A stretch of DNA of 64,000 nt from Octopus vulgaris (lineage: Eukaryota), in assembly GCA_951406725.2 (NCBI GenBank), contig OX597826.1, forward strand, positions 77,066,001 to 77,130,000, written 5' to 3'. Shown piece after piece: positions 1-12,899 of the stretch. A model generated the notes under the pieces. It made no database searches. It was not told the origin of the DNA and worked only from the letters and a program-made list of their open reading frames with translations. How positions within the stretch are numbered: position 1 is the first letter of the stretch; each line of letters begins with the position of its first letter. The position numbers and the translations under genes were made by a program.

Positions 1-256
1 ACTCCGCAAATATAACATGACAGAGAAAGATTTGCCTGAAATAAAAGAAAAACTGAAGCAAGATATCCTTGCCAAAGCACAAAGGATCCGCCGGTACAAG
101 AAACGCCAACGCTTCTTTGAAGAAAACAAAAAGTTCAGCTCCAACCCCAAAAGTTCTACCAAGAACTGGGCAAAAATAAAATAGAAGTCACTGCAGCACC
201 AACGGCAGAAGAATTGGAAGAATTCTGGAGAGAGATATGGTCGGCGAACGAACCAC

Positions 257-294
<38 letters not shown>

Positions 295-2747
295 AGTATC
301 AAAATTACAAACTCGGCATCTGAACAACTTTGGACCCCCATAACAACTGAAGAGGTCACCCAGGCACTGCAAAGACTAAGCAACTGGAAGGCACCTGGGC
401 ATGACAAGATCCCCAACTTCTGGTTGAAATATCTAACAGGAATGCACAAAAAGCTGGCTGAAAACTTTAACAACGTACTAGCAGAGCCAGAGACAATGCC
501 TGAATGGCTCACGAAGGGGAAAACCATCTTAATTCCCAAATCAAATGAAACAGAAAAACCAGAAAACTACAGACCAATAACCTGCCTCCCTACTATGTTC
601 AAGGCATTTACTGCAGTGATATCACAAAGGCTGAACAAGCACCTGGACGAAAACAAACTGTTCCCAGAAGAGCAGAAAGGATGCCGCAAAGGCTCATATG
701 GCTGTAAAGATCAACTAATGATTAATAAAGCCATAACTGAAGACAGCCACAGAAAGAAGAAAGGCCTCAGTATGGCCTGGATTGACTACAAAAAGGCGTT
801 TGATAGCATCCCCCACACATGGATCCTCGAAACACTAGCCATTAACAAAGTAGCACCAACAATCATAAAATTCATAGAGCACTCTATGAATAAATGGCAA
901 ACAGTCCTACACCTCCAAACAAAAGAGGGACTCATGAAAACCAAAGACATCCCCATTAGAAGAGGAATATTCCAGGGAGACACGCTCTCTCCACTCCTTT
1001 TCTGCTTGGCACTGTCACCTCTATCTGATATGCTAAATAGAACTGGATGCGGATATAAATGTTACGGCAAAACGATCAGCCACCTTTTATATATGGATGA
1101 CCTAAAACTATACGCTGCAAATGACAAACAGCTGGAAACACTATTAAAGACAGTTCATGGATTTACCAAAGAAATAGATATGAAATTTGGATTAGAAAAA
1201 TGCGCCAAAGTAACCATGAAAAGAGGAAAACTAGTTAAGAGTAACAACATCACACTAGATAAAACCAATGAAATAAAAGAATTAGACCAAAGCCAAACTT
1301 ACAAATACTTAGGAATCCATGAACTAGATAAGACACAACACACACAAATGAAAGAGAAAATAAAAAAAGAATATTATAGACGAGTTAGATCAATACTAAA
1401 CACAGAGCTCAATGCCAAAAACAAGATAATAGGTATCAACACTTTAGCTGTCCCAGTTATAAGTTACAGCTACAATATCCTTAACTGGACACGAAATGAA
1501 CTGACCAAAATAGATAGGAAAACAAGAAAAATAATGACAGGATCTAGGATGCATCACCCAAAATCTGACATAGAAAGACTATATATACAACGTATGGAAG
1601 GTGGTAGAGGCCTTATACAACTGGAAAACTACTATAAAATAACCACCATAGGACTGCAAAAATATCTACTTCAGAAGGAAGGAAAACTGATCCAGATAGC
1701 GGCAAAACACGAGCAAAACAAAAAACTGTTCTCAGTATTTAAGGAAGCTGACAAATACAAACAAGAAATCATACCACCTAATAAACATGAAGAAGAAGAA
1801 GATGAAGAAACAACAAAAGCTATAAAACAAATGAAATCCAAACTAAAAACAGAACAGCAACGAACCATGATAAAACGATGGCAAGAAAAGCCCCTTCATG
1901 GTAAATACTGCACTAAACTAAACGCAAAAGAAATAGACAAAGAAAAATCCCAGCAATGGTTGAGAAGCTCAGGACTCAAAGCAGAAACAGAGGGATTTTT
2001 AATTGCAGCACAAGACCAAAGCCTCCCCACCAGAAATTACCAAAAACATGTAATGAAAAGAAATATTACAAGTAACTGCAGAATATGTGGAGATGGACAA
2101 GAAACAATAAATCATATTATCTCTAGCTGCCCAGTCCTGGCTAAGAAGGAATATATTCACAGACATGACAGAGTTGGAACCTACATACATTGGAAGCTAT
2201 GCCAACATTATGGAATAACAACAGAAAAAAGATGGTATAGGCACACACCAGAAAAGGTCACAGAAAACGAGAAAGCAACCATACTCTGGGATATGCCGAT
2301 ACACACAGATAGAGAAATTAAGGCCAACAGACCAGATATAGTTGTCAGAGATCATGAAGAAAAAAATGCTTTTAATTGATGTATCAATACCGGCAGATGA
2401 CAACGTGTCTCTAAAAGAAATGGAGAAACTCTCAAAATACAAAGACCTGGAAATAGAGGTAACTAGAATGTGGAATCTGAAAACAGAAACAATTCCTATC
2501 ATAGTAGGTGCATTAGGCATGATAAAAAAATATTCAGACAAATACATAACAAAAACACCAGGACTTACAAACACATATAACATACAGAAAATTGCACTAC
2601 TAGGCACTGCCCACATCCTACGCAGAACACTTTCCATACAATAACCATCAGAGCATCACAACAAATCACAACACATACCCAAGGCACACAGAGCTGCGCT
2701 CGGTAGTGAAGTGAAAGCACGCTATAAAAATAAAAATAAAACTACTG
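1..2747 (+). mobile_element. R4/Dong-clade non-LTR retrotransposon (RT + restriction-like endonuclease), 5' end outside window, ends at a (TAA)n tract
   Basis: RT motifs YRPITCL, QKGCRKGSYGCKDQL, IDYKKAFDS, GIFQGDTLSPLLF, YMDD. CCHC knuckle CRICG..HIISSC, RHD, and RLE motif RPDIVV..IDVSIP..KLSKY. Short 3' UTR 2645-2747 followed by (AAT)n at 2748-2771. Confidence 0.95.
214..2644 (+). CDS. RT-RLE polyprotein of the R4/Dong element, split by a frameshift in an A-run near 2360 (ORFs 214-2379 and 2342-2644)
   Basis: The two ORFs join into one RT/CCHC/RLE protein. The reading continues upstream to position 2 (LRKYNMTEK..RIRRYKKRQ..NP/KFYQELG) through another shift in the A-run at 149-152. Confidence 0.9.
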
Positions 2748-2770
2748 AATAATAATAATAATAATAATAA

Positions 2771-3202
2771 TGTGATCATAATATCTCAGCGAAAGAGTTT
2801 GACAAGCTCAGAAAATATAAAGACCTACTCATTGAAATTGAGAAAATGTGGCATCTCAAGGCGGTTACAATACCAGTGATCGTAGGAGGACTAGAAATGA
2901 TCAAGAAGGGAACCGAAAATTATATGAGATGATCCCTGGCTTACCATCCCTGCAAGAAGTGCAAAAGATTGTCTTAACTGGTACATCACATGTATTGAGA
3001 AGAGCATTGTCGATGTGAGAATTGTTGCTGCTCATGTATTTTAATTTAACTTGAAAAAGAAAAAAAAAAAAAATGAACGAACTATTGAGTTTGGTTTAAT
3101 GGCCTACCAATGTATACTATGAGTTTCTTTGCCCTAGGAGTCGGGAAGACACTCGGCAAGAAATGGAAGCAAATTTGAAAGAAGAAAAAAAAAAGGATTA
3201 TA
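2771..3202 (+). mobile_element. Second, 5'-truncated R4/Dong-type element of a different family (RLE C-terminus + 3' UTR)
   Basis: 2771-3018 reads CDHNISAKEFDKLRKYKDLLIEIEKMWHLKAVTIPVIVGGLEMIKKG..IPGLPSLQEVQKIVLTGTSHVLRRALSM* with one frameshift. It is homologous to ORF 2342-2644 and flanked by (TAA)n on both sides. Confidence 0.9.
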
Positions 3203-3240
<38 letters not shown>

Positions 3241-3256
3241 TAATAATAATAATAAT

Positions 3257-3695
3257 GCTCAATACCACAAATTTGCTTATCAGTTGTTTGACCTTAACCA
3301 GTTGAGCATGTCCCTTAGTGGCTGACGATATGTGCATCTCTGATCACGAGCAGAAGTAGTGGGGGAGCATCATAGCCATGTGTTGAGAGGGATTCTTTGG
3401 GGTTTGAATAATTCACCTCTGGAAACATGGGTGGTTCTTTCAACATCCTTAAACAACCCTTATTCAGGGACCTTTTGAGCGGGATGGGCTACTCAACCTG
3501 AAGAAAATTCTAACTGGGCCCCACTCGCAAGGTCATGTGCTGTTTATCTTGATATGAGATCACCATGTCGCGCACATATGGTTGTGATGCATGTGCCTGG
3601 TGTACCTTTATCAGACGGGTAGTCATGATGAGTATATTGGGCTTCGTATATTTTACCCCAGTGTCACTTTGATGGCATGCACTGCTCGCTCACTC
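3257..3695 (+). mobile_element. Probable 3' UTR of a third (TAA)n-targeting retroelement
   Basis: A 440-bp GC-richer block bounded on both sides by (AAT)n (3203-3256 and 3696-3709), the same arrangement as the two upstream elements. No coding remnant seen. Confidence 0.55.
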
Positions 3696-3769
3696 AATAA
3701 TAATAATAAAATGCCAACAACGAGAATACTAAAAATGAACCCGACCGCTCTCAAAATTTAAATTTAAGA

Positions 3770-3866
3770 AACAGGTAACATAATCCAGAATCCTTGTTTG
3801 GTACTGGATCGATCCCAAAATCTAATCAGTTCGAGTCAGTCACATGGCCAAACATACCTGAAAGTT
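3770..3866 (-). mobile_element. Internal fragment of the Helentron-like element at 10048-10411
   Basis: aatccagaatcc..gtactggatcgatccc..tctaatcagttcg..aaacat.cctgaaagtt is the reverse complement of about 10150-10237. Confidence 0.7.
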
Positions 3867-4681
3867 AGAAAAACTCTATCAATTTAAACGTCTGTGTTGT
3901 ATTACATGAAGATATTTCGCTACTGTCCCTGCCACTTCCCCTCCCCTAGCTTTCAGTCAGACTATGACATCTCTTATCCTTCACTCACCCCAGGACGCTG
4001 GGTGTGCCTTGGAAGGTGGCCTGAACGATAAGGATAATAATTTTTTTAAATGATAGTTGAGCACTGTGGTCAGTGTTTTCGACTGGCCGAAATCATGTGA
4101 TTAGTAGTCCTAGCAACGAAAATCTCACACTTGCAATGTAACAAGTAGTGCTTATATGCACCAGGAAACCATGAAAGAGATTCTTTTCATAATAAAAAAT
4201 CACATTGTGTGTTCTGACACTTGTCCTTTTTAGTGGAGATACATTTTAACTGTTGCTACTCGTAATGCTCCCGTCATTAAATCATTATTATTATTTTTAA
4301 TTATGCCTGTTGTTGTTGTTGTTGCTGTTGTTATCAGTTTTGTATTTCGCCTTTTATCATTATTGTGGATGTTGTTGTTGCTGTTCCTTGCTCTTTTATT
4401 GCATTGACGACAACTGGAAGTTAAAACAACAAAGCAGTTCACGACCTTCCTGAGGTGGCGCCCACCCTTTTCAGTATTGTATCTCGGGTACTCCTTTCCC
4501 TTTCAGCTTTCACCTTAACATGTCGTTACGCTTGAATGACAATCTACGGGTTGTCATCATTTGTTGCGTTTCATAGGCAAATAACTGGGACAATTAGAAT
4601 AAATCGAATCTCGCCTCCACTTCGCCACCTCTACCTCATCACCGCCACCTCATCACCTCATCACCTCCACCTATCTTTCTC

Positions 4682-4736
<55 letters not shown>

Positions 4737-4809
4737 GTCTCCCTCTCTCTTCTCAGTCTTTCCTTGTATCACACTATCTGAAGAATGTAAGATTTTATTT
4801 CTTTTACGG

Positions 4810-4878
<69 letters not shown>

Positions 4879-4906
4879 GTATCTATCTATCTATCTCTCT
4901 TTCTCT

Positions 4907-4954
<48 letters not shown>

Positions 4955-5264
4955 CAATGTGTATGTGTACGTATATATATATATATATGTATGTATATAT
5001 ATATATACACATACATATTTACGTGTACATATGGACATACATATGTATACACACACACACACATATATATGTATATATATACACCCATCAAAACTTTTGA
5101 TCACTCATACATAACTGATTCGTGTTGTTCGTAACCGCCCACATTCATGCAAACGATGAGTATATATATACATACATGTATACATATAGAAATACATATA
5201 TATATATATATAATAAATATATATATATACACACACACATGTATATATATGCATATATATATCA

Positions 5265-5295
<31 letters not shown>

Positions 5296-5785
5296 CACAC
5301 AAATGTGTCTCCATATGTGTGTGCCTGTATGTGTGTAGTGTGTATCTTTCAACCCAAAATATCACCTGCCTCGTTAGACTACAATTCTCAAGTGCAAACA
5401 CACAATGCACATGCGAACTAATGTATGAAAAACTAAAAAAGACTTATTTACGACACCCCTAAACACACACACGCCACAAACACACACACACACACACAGA
5501 GTCACTAACAGACACACACTCGCACACATACATGGTGGGTGGGACTGCTTTCCTTTCAAACATGCAACTTTGAAAGACACGATCGTGCTCGAGTTTTATC
5601 TTTTTCTCTTATTGACTTTTTTTTTCAGATTTCCTTGTAAGTTCTTCTTTATGCTTAGTTTGGGACAATAACTTCTCTAAATACATTCAAGACCTTTTTT
5701 CGGTCTCATCTTCTTTCTTTCAGAGACAGTCCATTGTATAGGATGTTATCAGGAGGTGTCATCCTATTTGTCATGCAAAGTGTCT

Positions 5786-6096
<311 letters not shown>

Positions 6097-6100
6097 AATG

Positions 6101-6132
<32 letters not shown>

Positions 6133-6257
6133 TATATATACACACACATATATAACTGTCTGTTTATCTAGCTATCCATTTATCTCTATCTCCCCCGACT
6201 ACAACACCTCCACATAGTGTATGTCTTATAGGTACAACGATACACACATGCGCATAT

Positions 6258-6499
6258 ATCATCATCATCATCATCATTTAACATCCGTTGTCAATGTTGG
6301 CATGGGTTGGACGGTTCGACCTGTACTGGCAAGCTGGAAAGCAGCACCGGACTCCAGCCTTTCTTAACGCCAGTCACTCTGAGAGTCTAATGGGCGCTTC
6401 TACATGTCACTGGCACGGGAGCCATTTGCGTGACACCGGTATTTGCCACGACTGCAATTTTGCTCGGCTTGATAGGTGTTCTTCTCAAGCACAGCATAT
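6258..6499 (-). mobile_element. SINE/LINE 3' fragment with an RTE-type (GAT)n tail
   Basis: Minus strand ends ..ccaacccatgccaacattgacaacggatgttaaat(gat)n. Confidence 0.6.
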
Positions 6500-6579
6500 A
6501 TGTATGTACACACACACACATTCATATCCGCATGTATATTATGCGTCTATGTTTTATATTAAAAAATACGTATAAATAT

Positions 6580-6653
<74 letters not shown>

Positions 6654-6658
<5 letters not shown>

Positions 6659-7842
6659 TATCTCAAATGCATATATACTTTAGCAGCTGATAACTCAATT
6701 GATGTTTTATTCAGATTAAACCCATTGGAATTAACGATGGCAAACTATTCCTTCTAAAATGCTACTGGAAGCGTGAAAATGCAGCTAAAGTGCAAAGACA
6801 ATTTAGGAGGAAGTTTCAAACAGATTCACCAATGCGACTTACTATCACTCAAATTACAGATAAATTTGAAACCGATAGAACCGTTCAGAATGTCCACGAA
6901 AAGCGTTCAGGGAGACCACGAACATCGACAACCCCCACAAAGCAAGAAGGAATACTGGAAAAGAATCAGCAAAGTCCAAGAAAATCTCTGTGGCAAGCGA
7001 GTCGTGTAGGCATTTCAAAATCATCTGTCCAACGCATTTTGAAGCGTTGTCAATGGAATAGTTACGTTCCAAAATTAGTCCATACTATTACGATGATCTC
7101 GACCGAAGAGTGCAGTATTGCGGGTGGTACTCGGCACGATGTGTGGAAGATGCACATTTTCCAACAAAGATTGTGTGGAGTGATGAGGGCCACATTCAAA
7201 TTAAATGGTTCAATTAACCACCACAGTTGCACTTATTGGGGACCTTAGAATCCGCATGTTATGGTGGAACACCATGTTAATTTACCAGGACTTACAGTGT
7301 GGTGTGGCTTATCATCAAGAGGATTAATTGGACCATTCTTTTTTAATGGTACTCTGACTGGTCCTGCTTACTTGAACTTGCTGCAGCAGTCTGTCATGCC
7401 AAGCATTGGAGAAAACTTTGAAGATGGGGAGTTTTATGTTCAGCAAGATGAGTGCACCTCCACACTACCATCGTGATGTTAGATCCTTCCTTAATGAGAT
7501 CTTGCTAAACAGGTGGATTGGACGAGGGAGTTTCGTTGAATACCCTGCTCGTTCACCAGACCTCACACCACTACACTTTTTTTTATGGGGATACCTAAAA
7601 GACATAGTCTAGGCTACGAAACCTTCAACAGTCGCTGATTTGAGAGCGGCCATGGAACGAGAATGCACACAAATACCAAACGAATTGTTTCGTGATGCTT
7701 CGCGTTGTCAGCAGTGCCTGGACCAGGCGTTGACAAAACAATAAAATAATGTCTGTAGATTCTATTAAATTTTAAAAATTAAATGTAATTTAATAATCAC
7801 CCACTTTACAATTATTTAAATTGTGTATACAGTTGGGACACC

Positions 7843-7845
<3 letters not shown>
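6654..7845 (+). mobile_element. Decayed Tc1/mariner transposon, DD41D (rosa-like) family
   Basis: Degenerate ~28-bp TIRs (ggggtatctcaaatgcatatatacttt / aaattgtgtatacagttgggacaccctg+TA). Fragments [48 protein letters not shown](H)FFLWGYLKD. After frameshift repair there are 41 residues between the 2nd D and the mutated 3rd D. Confidence 0.9.
6790..7612 (+). pseudogene. Frameshifted DD41D transposase pseudogene
   Basis: ORFs 6790-7248, 7261-7476 and 7406-7612 carry successive transposase motifs, with stops and frameshifts. The third catalytic D is replaced by H. Confidence 0.88.
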
Positions 7846-7915
<70 letters not shown>

Positions 7916-8198
7916 CATATGTGTATGTGTGTGTGTATTTTCCCCTGTTTACAATTAACACGGAAACAATAGATAAACAGTTACCAGGGCAGCAAAAAGG
8001 TAAAAAGGGCGTAACACCAATAATACTAATGCTGTCTTCGAAACATGTGTCGGAAATAAAAGAATAACACCTGCGTTTAACACCATTTATATATGATCAC
8101 TTTTATGCTTTATATACACGTATATATATCATGTATATACATACACGCTCACAACACACACACACATACATATATACAACTTCATTGGACTCCCTGTG

Positions 8199-8232
<34 letters not shown>

Positions 8233-8264
8233 CTTGTGTTTCTGTACGTACAAATATATAAGTA

Positions 8265-8420
8265 AAACGTAAATATGAATGAAGTAAAACTAAAAACAAC
8301 AAAAGCAGGTGAGGTGTCAACGGTCAATATCATTAATTTGATGCTCAAAGAGGGAAAGTTATAAAGATTCGGAGACGTCTTTAGTTATGAAGGGAGAGTC
8401 CAGAGATTCTTCAGGTGTAG
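8265..8420 (-). mobile_element. Degenerate relative of the 5887/10913 hammerhead element
   Basis: aaaacaacaaaagcaggtgaggtgtcaac..ttgatgctcaaagagggaaag resembles 10950-11015. The minus strand has CTGAAGA...ccGAAT, a decayed core. Confidence 0.4.
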
Positions 8421-8820
8421 AAACTCCATATGTCACAACAATAAAACCAATGTGTGGGTTTAGCTAAGTGTAAATATAATCCGAATAAGAAGACAAAGAA
8501 AGTGTTTAACATATGTTTAATGAGTTACAATTGTTTCTGTAGCAACTGTTTTTAATGCCGATTCACTCAAAAGTTCCAGTTGAAAATTTACGTAATATTT
8601 GCGGTTTTCAAGATTAGAGAGGTACAAGTTCAGACCTGCATCAAAGATGTGCTCTTAAAGGCACAATAAAGGGCGCACATTTTGATAGCAGAGTTGGTAC
8701 AGAAACAGTAACTCGTCATAAAGGATGGGATGAAATGTGGATCTCTGTATGTGCGCGTGTGCTTGTGTGTGTAAGCTAGCCGGTATATATATGTATATAT
8801 ATATATACATACAAAAAAAT

Positions 8821-9049
8821 GGCAGCGAGCAGGCAGAAACGTTAGCACGCCGGGCGAAATGCGTTGCCGTATTTCGTCTGCCGTTACGTTCCCAGTTCAA
8901 ATTCCGCCGAGGTCGACTTTGCCTTTCATCCTTACGGGGTCGGTAAATTAAGTAGCAGTTACGCACTGGGGTCGATTTAATCGACTTAATCCCTTTGTCT
9001 GTCCTTGTTTGTCCCCTCTGTGTTTAGCCCCTTGTGGGTAGTAAAGAAA

Positions 9050-9051
<2 letters not shown>
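8821..9051 (+). mobile_element. tRNA-derived SINE family A (core gtcgactttgcctttcatcc..ggggtcg.taaattaagta, resembling the MetaSINE domain)
   Basis: A-box-like ggcagaaacgttag and B-box agttcaaattcc. Other copies at about 12110-12225(-), 14940-15330(-), 34900-35560(+, three), 37850-38000(-), 51785-51936(-) and 54525-55535. Confidence 0.85.
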
Positions 9052-9104
<53 letters not shown>

Positions 9105-9119
9105 GCGTGTGCATATGTA

Positions 9120-9320
9120 TGTGTGTCGCTTCAAGATCGCTTGACAACTGATGTTGGTGTGTTTTCGTCCCCGTAACTTAGCGGTTCGGCATAAATGACC
9201 GATTGAATAAGTACTAGGCTTACTAAGAATAAATCCTAGGGGCGATTTGCTCGACTAAAAGCGGTGCTCCAGCATGGCTTCAATCAAATGACTGAAACAA
9301 GTTAAAAGAAAAAGAAAAGA
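9120..9320 (+). mobile_element. 3' half of SINE family B
   Basis: Matches 52755-52940 (cttgacaac.gatg..gtccccgtaacttagcggttcggc..ctccagcatggc..aaatgactgaaacaag). Confidence 0.85.
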
Positions 9321-9327
9321 TATATAT

Positions 9328-9371
<44 letters not shown>

Positions 9372-9412
9372 TCTGCTACCACTATTATCATTTCTTCGTT
9401 TTCTTTTTCTTT

Positions 9413-9463
<51 letters not shown>

Positions 9464-10047
9464 AACTACCACTGTTGCATTTCTGGTATTCCTGCTGCTG
9501 CTGCTACGACTATCTTTGTTGTTGCCGTTAGCCTACCATATTCCCATTTCTGTCGTCATTTCCCATAATTCCACGTTTAGCCGCTGGGCTTTGAATGCAG
9601 TTTAACATATTAATCTCGTGAGGCTAATTAAAAACCAATCTCTTGGCTTATCTCTGTCTCTATGGAAACGCCGATAGCAACACCAACAAACACACGAAAC
9701 ATGCACAAACCCATTCACGCACGCACACACACACACACACACAGATTACTCACAGAGACACATGCGGACGCATTCCTGAGTAAATATTGTTCATATCGAG
9801 GTAGCAAGATGGCAAACAGGGTAGGGCGCCGTACTAATTGCCTTCTAATGCGTAATTTTGTCTCCCTTTCTGCATTTTTAGTTTGCGTTGTTGTTATTAT
9901 TGGTGTCGTCGTCCTTGTCGTAGTTTTGTTGTTGTTGTTGCCCTAGATCAGCTGAGTTACAGTCAGTACCGTTCCAGCCGCGACAACCCCATCTTTTATT
10001 CAGACAGTGAATCTAGGGCAGCGTTATCAAATGGCTTACCCAGTTAA

Positions 10048-10411
10048 TTACCTCCGCCTTTCACTAAGGCGGAGGTATTGTGTCCAGTCGTGTTTGTCTG
10101 TTTGTCCGCGGACAAGATATCTCAAGAACCGCTGGATGGATTCGGATGAAACTTTCAGGGATGTTTGGTCTCGTGACCAGCACGAACTGATTAGATATGT
10201 GGATCGATCCGGTACCGGACGAGAATTCTGGATTATTTTTCCGGGCTTTTTATTTTTTATTTTTTTTGAGAGAGGTCGGGTTCATTTTTAGTATTCTCAT
10301 TTGTGAGAGTAGTCGTGTGTATTTAAGATATTCTCATTTTAAAAATCATCTCCGGCTAAGGAGGACGTTAGTGTTGCCTTGGCGGAGGTTTGTGCTCTCT
10401 GAGTGCTCTAG
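10048..10411 (+). mobile_element. Non-autonomous Helentron-like (HINE/DINE-type) rolling-circle element
   Basis: 5' acctccgcctt-tcact-aaggcggaggt hairpin, 3' sub-terminal inverted repeat ccttggcggaggt (10377-10389), 3' stem-loop gtgctc-tct-gagtgc, terminal ctag followed by a T-run, no TSD. Confidence 0.8.
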
Positions 10412-10912
10412 TTTTTTTTTTCTTGTTTTTCAAGATGGCTGGAATATGTTTGTTTTGAGGGCAAACCAATTACTATTTCTAACTGTCGAAGCTAAGACAA
10501 AGAAGCTTTCTCATTGACTGGTTGATCGTGATTATTTGTGTTACTGTTGTTGTTTAACCCTTGGACGACACAATCCAGTTGAATTTTGATTCAAGATATT
10601 TTAACGATATCACGGCTGATATCATCTGCAAACCATGTGATATATATTTCGTGATGTGCTGCCACGCAAACAGATATATCACGATATATATAACTTCGTA
10701 GGTATGTACAAACAAAGCCTATAAATTTATCCTATAGAATTAAATTCCTGTTTAAGCATTAACTCATACTTAAATGGATATAAATTGAAAATATTATTAA
10801 TATATAAGTGAGGTTGTAGCCCTCATAAATGGATTAGCAAGTATGGGGATGCGGAAAGAGAGATTGTATGTTTAATCAAATACATTTGTCTCTCTATCTA
10901 TTTATCTATTTA

Positions 10913-11140
10913 TATAGTCAATTCAAAAAACAGAGAAGAAAAGAAAACAAAAAGAAAACAAAACACGTGAGGACGTAACACAAGCAGTATATTAATAAGA
11001 CGCTCGGAGAAAGAAGAGAGTTGTTGTTTTACGTTTCGACCATTGCTCTTCGTCGGGAACAGGAAAAACAGGAAAGTCCAGAGGGAAATAAGGAAAAAGG
11101 AGGAAAAATTGCCAACAGTCCATGTGCGGTTACATTTCTG
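10913..11140 (-). mobile_element. Penelope-like 3'-end / retrozyme-like element with a minimal hammerhead (11026-11060)
   Basis: Minus strand reads gttc CCGACGA a gag-caatg-gtc GAAA cg TA aaac. It aligns with 5887-6096 along its length. Confidence 0.65.
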
Positions 11141-11637
11141 GCTCACACACACACACACACACACACACACGTATATATATATGTACATTAAGGTTGAATA
11201 AACGTATGTAATTATATGCACGTCTGAGGGTGCCAGTAAACCTGTTAGTTGAAAGCCTCTCTTAATGACTTGAAAAGCAACAGGGTACAAGAAGGCGGTA
11301 ATGGTACTAGATATCTCTCGAATTCGGTCCGTAAGGTGACAGCTTTTTGGCATCCTGTCAAGTTACACACGATACGGGGAATTGCTAAAGGTTATGCTTT
11401 TATAACGTTCTTGTCTTCAAATGTTCTTTTTCATTTTCCTAAAATTCCAAACAGGCCTGTGGTTAAAGATCGAATGAATGTCGGTCTTTTTTGTATTCCT
11501 TATTCTGAATCGCCTTAATTTGCTTTTGTTGTTTTTCTCTTTTGTATTTCTGCATTTCCTTATTCTTCTTTGTCAAAGGAATTCTAAAAATAGTATTTGG
11601 TGTTGGTCTAAAATGTGCAGAAACTACAGATGATATA

Positions 11638-11841
11638 CCGTAATCCCTCACCATATCGCGGTTTATTATTTAAGCATATGTCGATTCCTTTGTAGTGTGG
11701 TTTTGCAGTTATAATAAAATAAATATATACAAATTATAAAACTAATTCTTAAAAATATACAGTACAGTATTGTTTCTGCTTGGCGGATTTTCACCTATCG
11801 GGAGTTGAAGTGTAACACCTGCGATAGACGAGGGATTACTG
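11638..11841 (-). mobile_element. Tigger/pogo-type MITE, internally deleted copy
   Basis: TIRs c.gtaatccctc.ccatatcgcg / gcgatagacgagggattactg. Reverse-orientation relative of 18435-18671. Confidence 0.8.
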
Positions 11842-12769
11842 TTGCTGTCACTGGAGGAAGCACATGTCTACAACTGTTGTGGAACCATATTAATGCAATT
11901 TTGCGTATAATTTACGTAGCATTTAACAATTAACACTTGATAAGCATGCGTTGAAACAATTGTAGTGAGTTCAATAAAGCCTGTTCGTTGAGGTTTGGGG
12001 GGGGGGTAAGATCTTTACGCTTAGTTTGGCAGAATAATTTTTCTGAATCCATTCAAAAGTCACCCAATATAAAATATGTAGAATATCTTTTGTTTGATAA
12101 ATTATTAATAGCATCGAGTCCAGTAATCGACAGGTACTTCTTTTCATCACTGCCGCAGAGATGAAAGGCAAAGTTGTCTTCAGTGCAATATGAACTCAGG
12201 ACGTAAAGAACCAAAAGAAACACCACGTAGTTCTTCGTGGTGTTTCTTTCCCCCAAGTATTCTGTCTTCTCTTTAAGGGCAAAATAACAATTGAAACATG
12301 AACACAGATCTTCCTCAATGTAGAGAAAATCAGATTCAAAAGAAATGTGAAGAATTGTAAATTCGCCGGCAGAGAATGAGACATGTGGCACTAGAGTCAT
12401 ATATTTCAGCTATTTATGGACTTGGGGAAATATTCTGTATTTCTAAACTTCATCTAAATTACCGTCGACCATGTATTCTATGGCATCCAACTACACTAAC
12501 TGTTGTAGTTATGACTCACATTGCAGAAGGTTTACGTATAAGTATATGTGTGAGAGAGTCTGTGTGTGTGTGTATGTGTGTGTGTGTGTGTGTGAGTGCG
12601 TTTGTGTGTGCGCACGAGTGTGTGCGCGTGAGGGTGTGTGGGCGCGCGCGTGTTTATGAAAGTACATGCATACTAAGCAAAATTCGTCAAAATAATTCCA
12701 TCTTTTGATGAGTTTAAAACCAATTTGATGATTACAACTAATTAATTAGTTTAACATAATTATTTTTAT

Positions 12770-12818
<49 letters not shown>

Positions 12819-12830
12819 GATATGTGTGCT

Positions 12831-12899
<69 letters not shown>

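Noticed and set aside
156-2637. Antisense ORFs within the Dong element
   Set aside because: Shadows of the plus-strand RT ORF.
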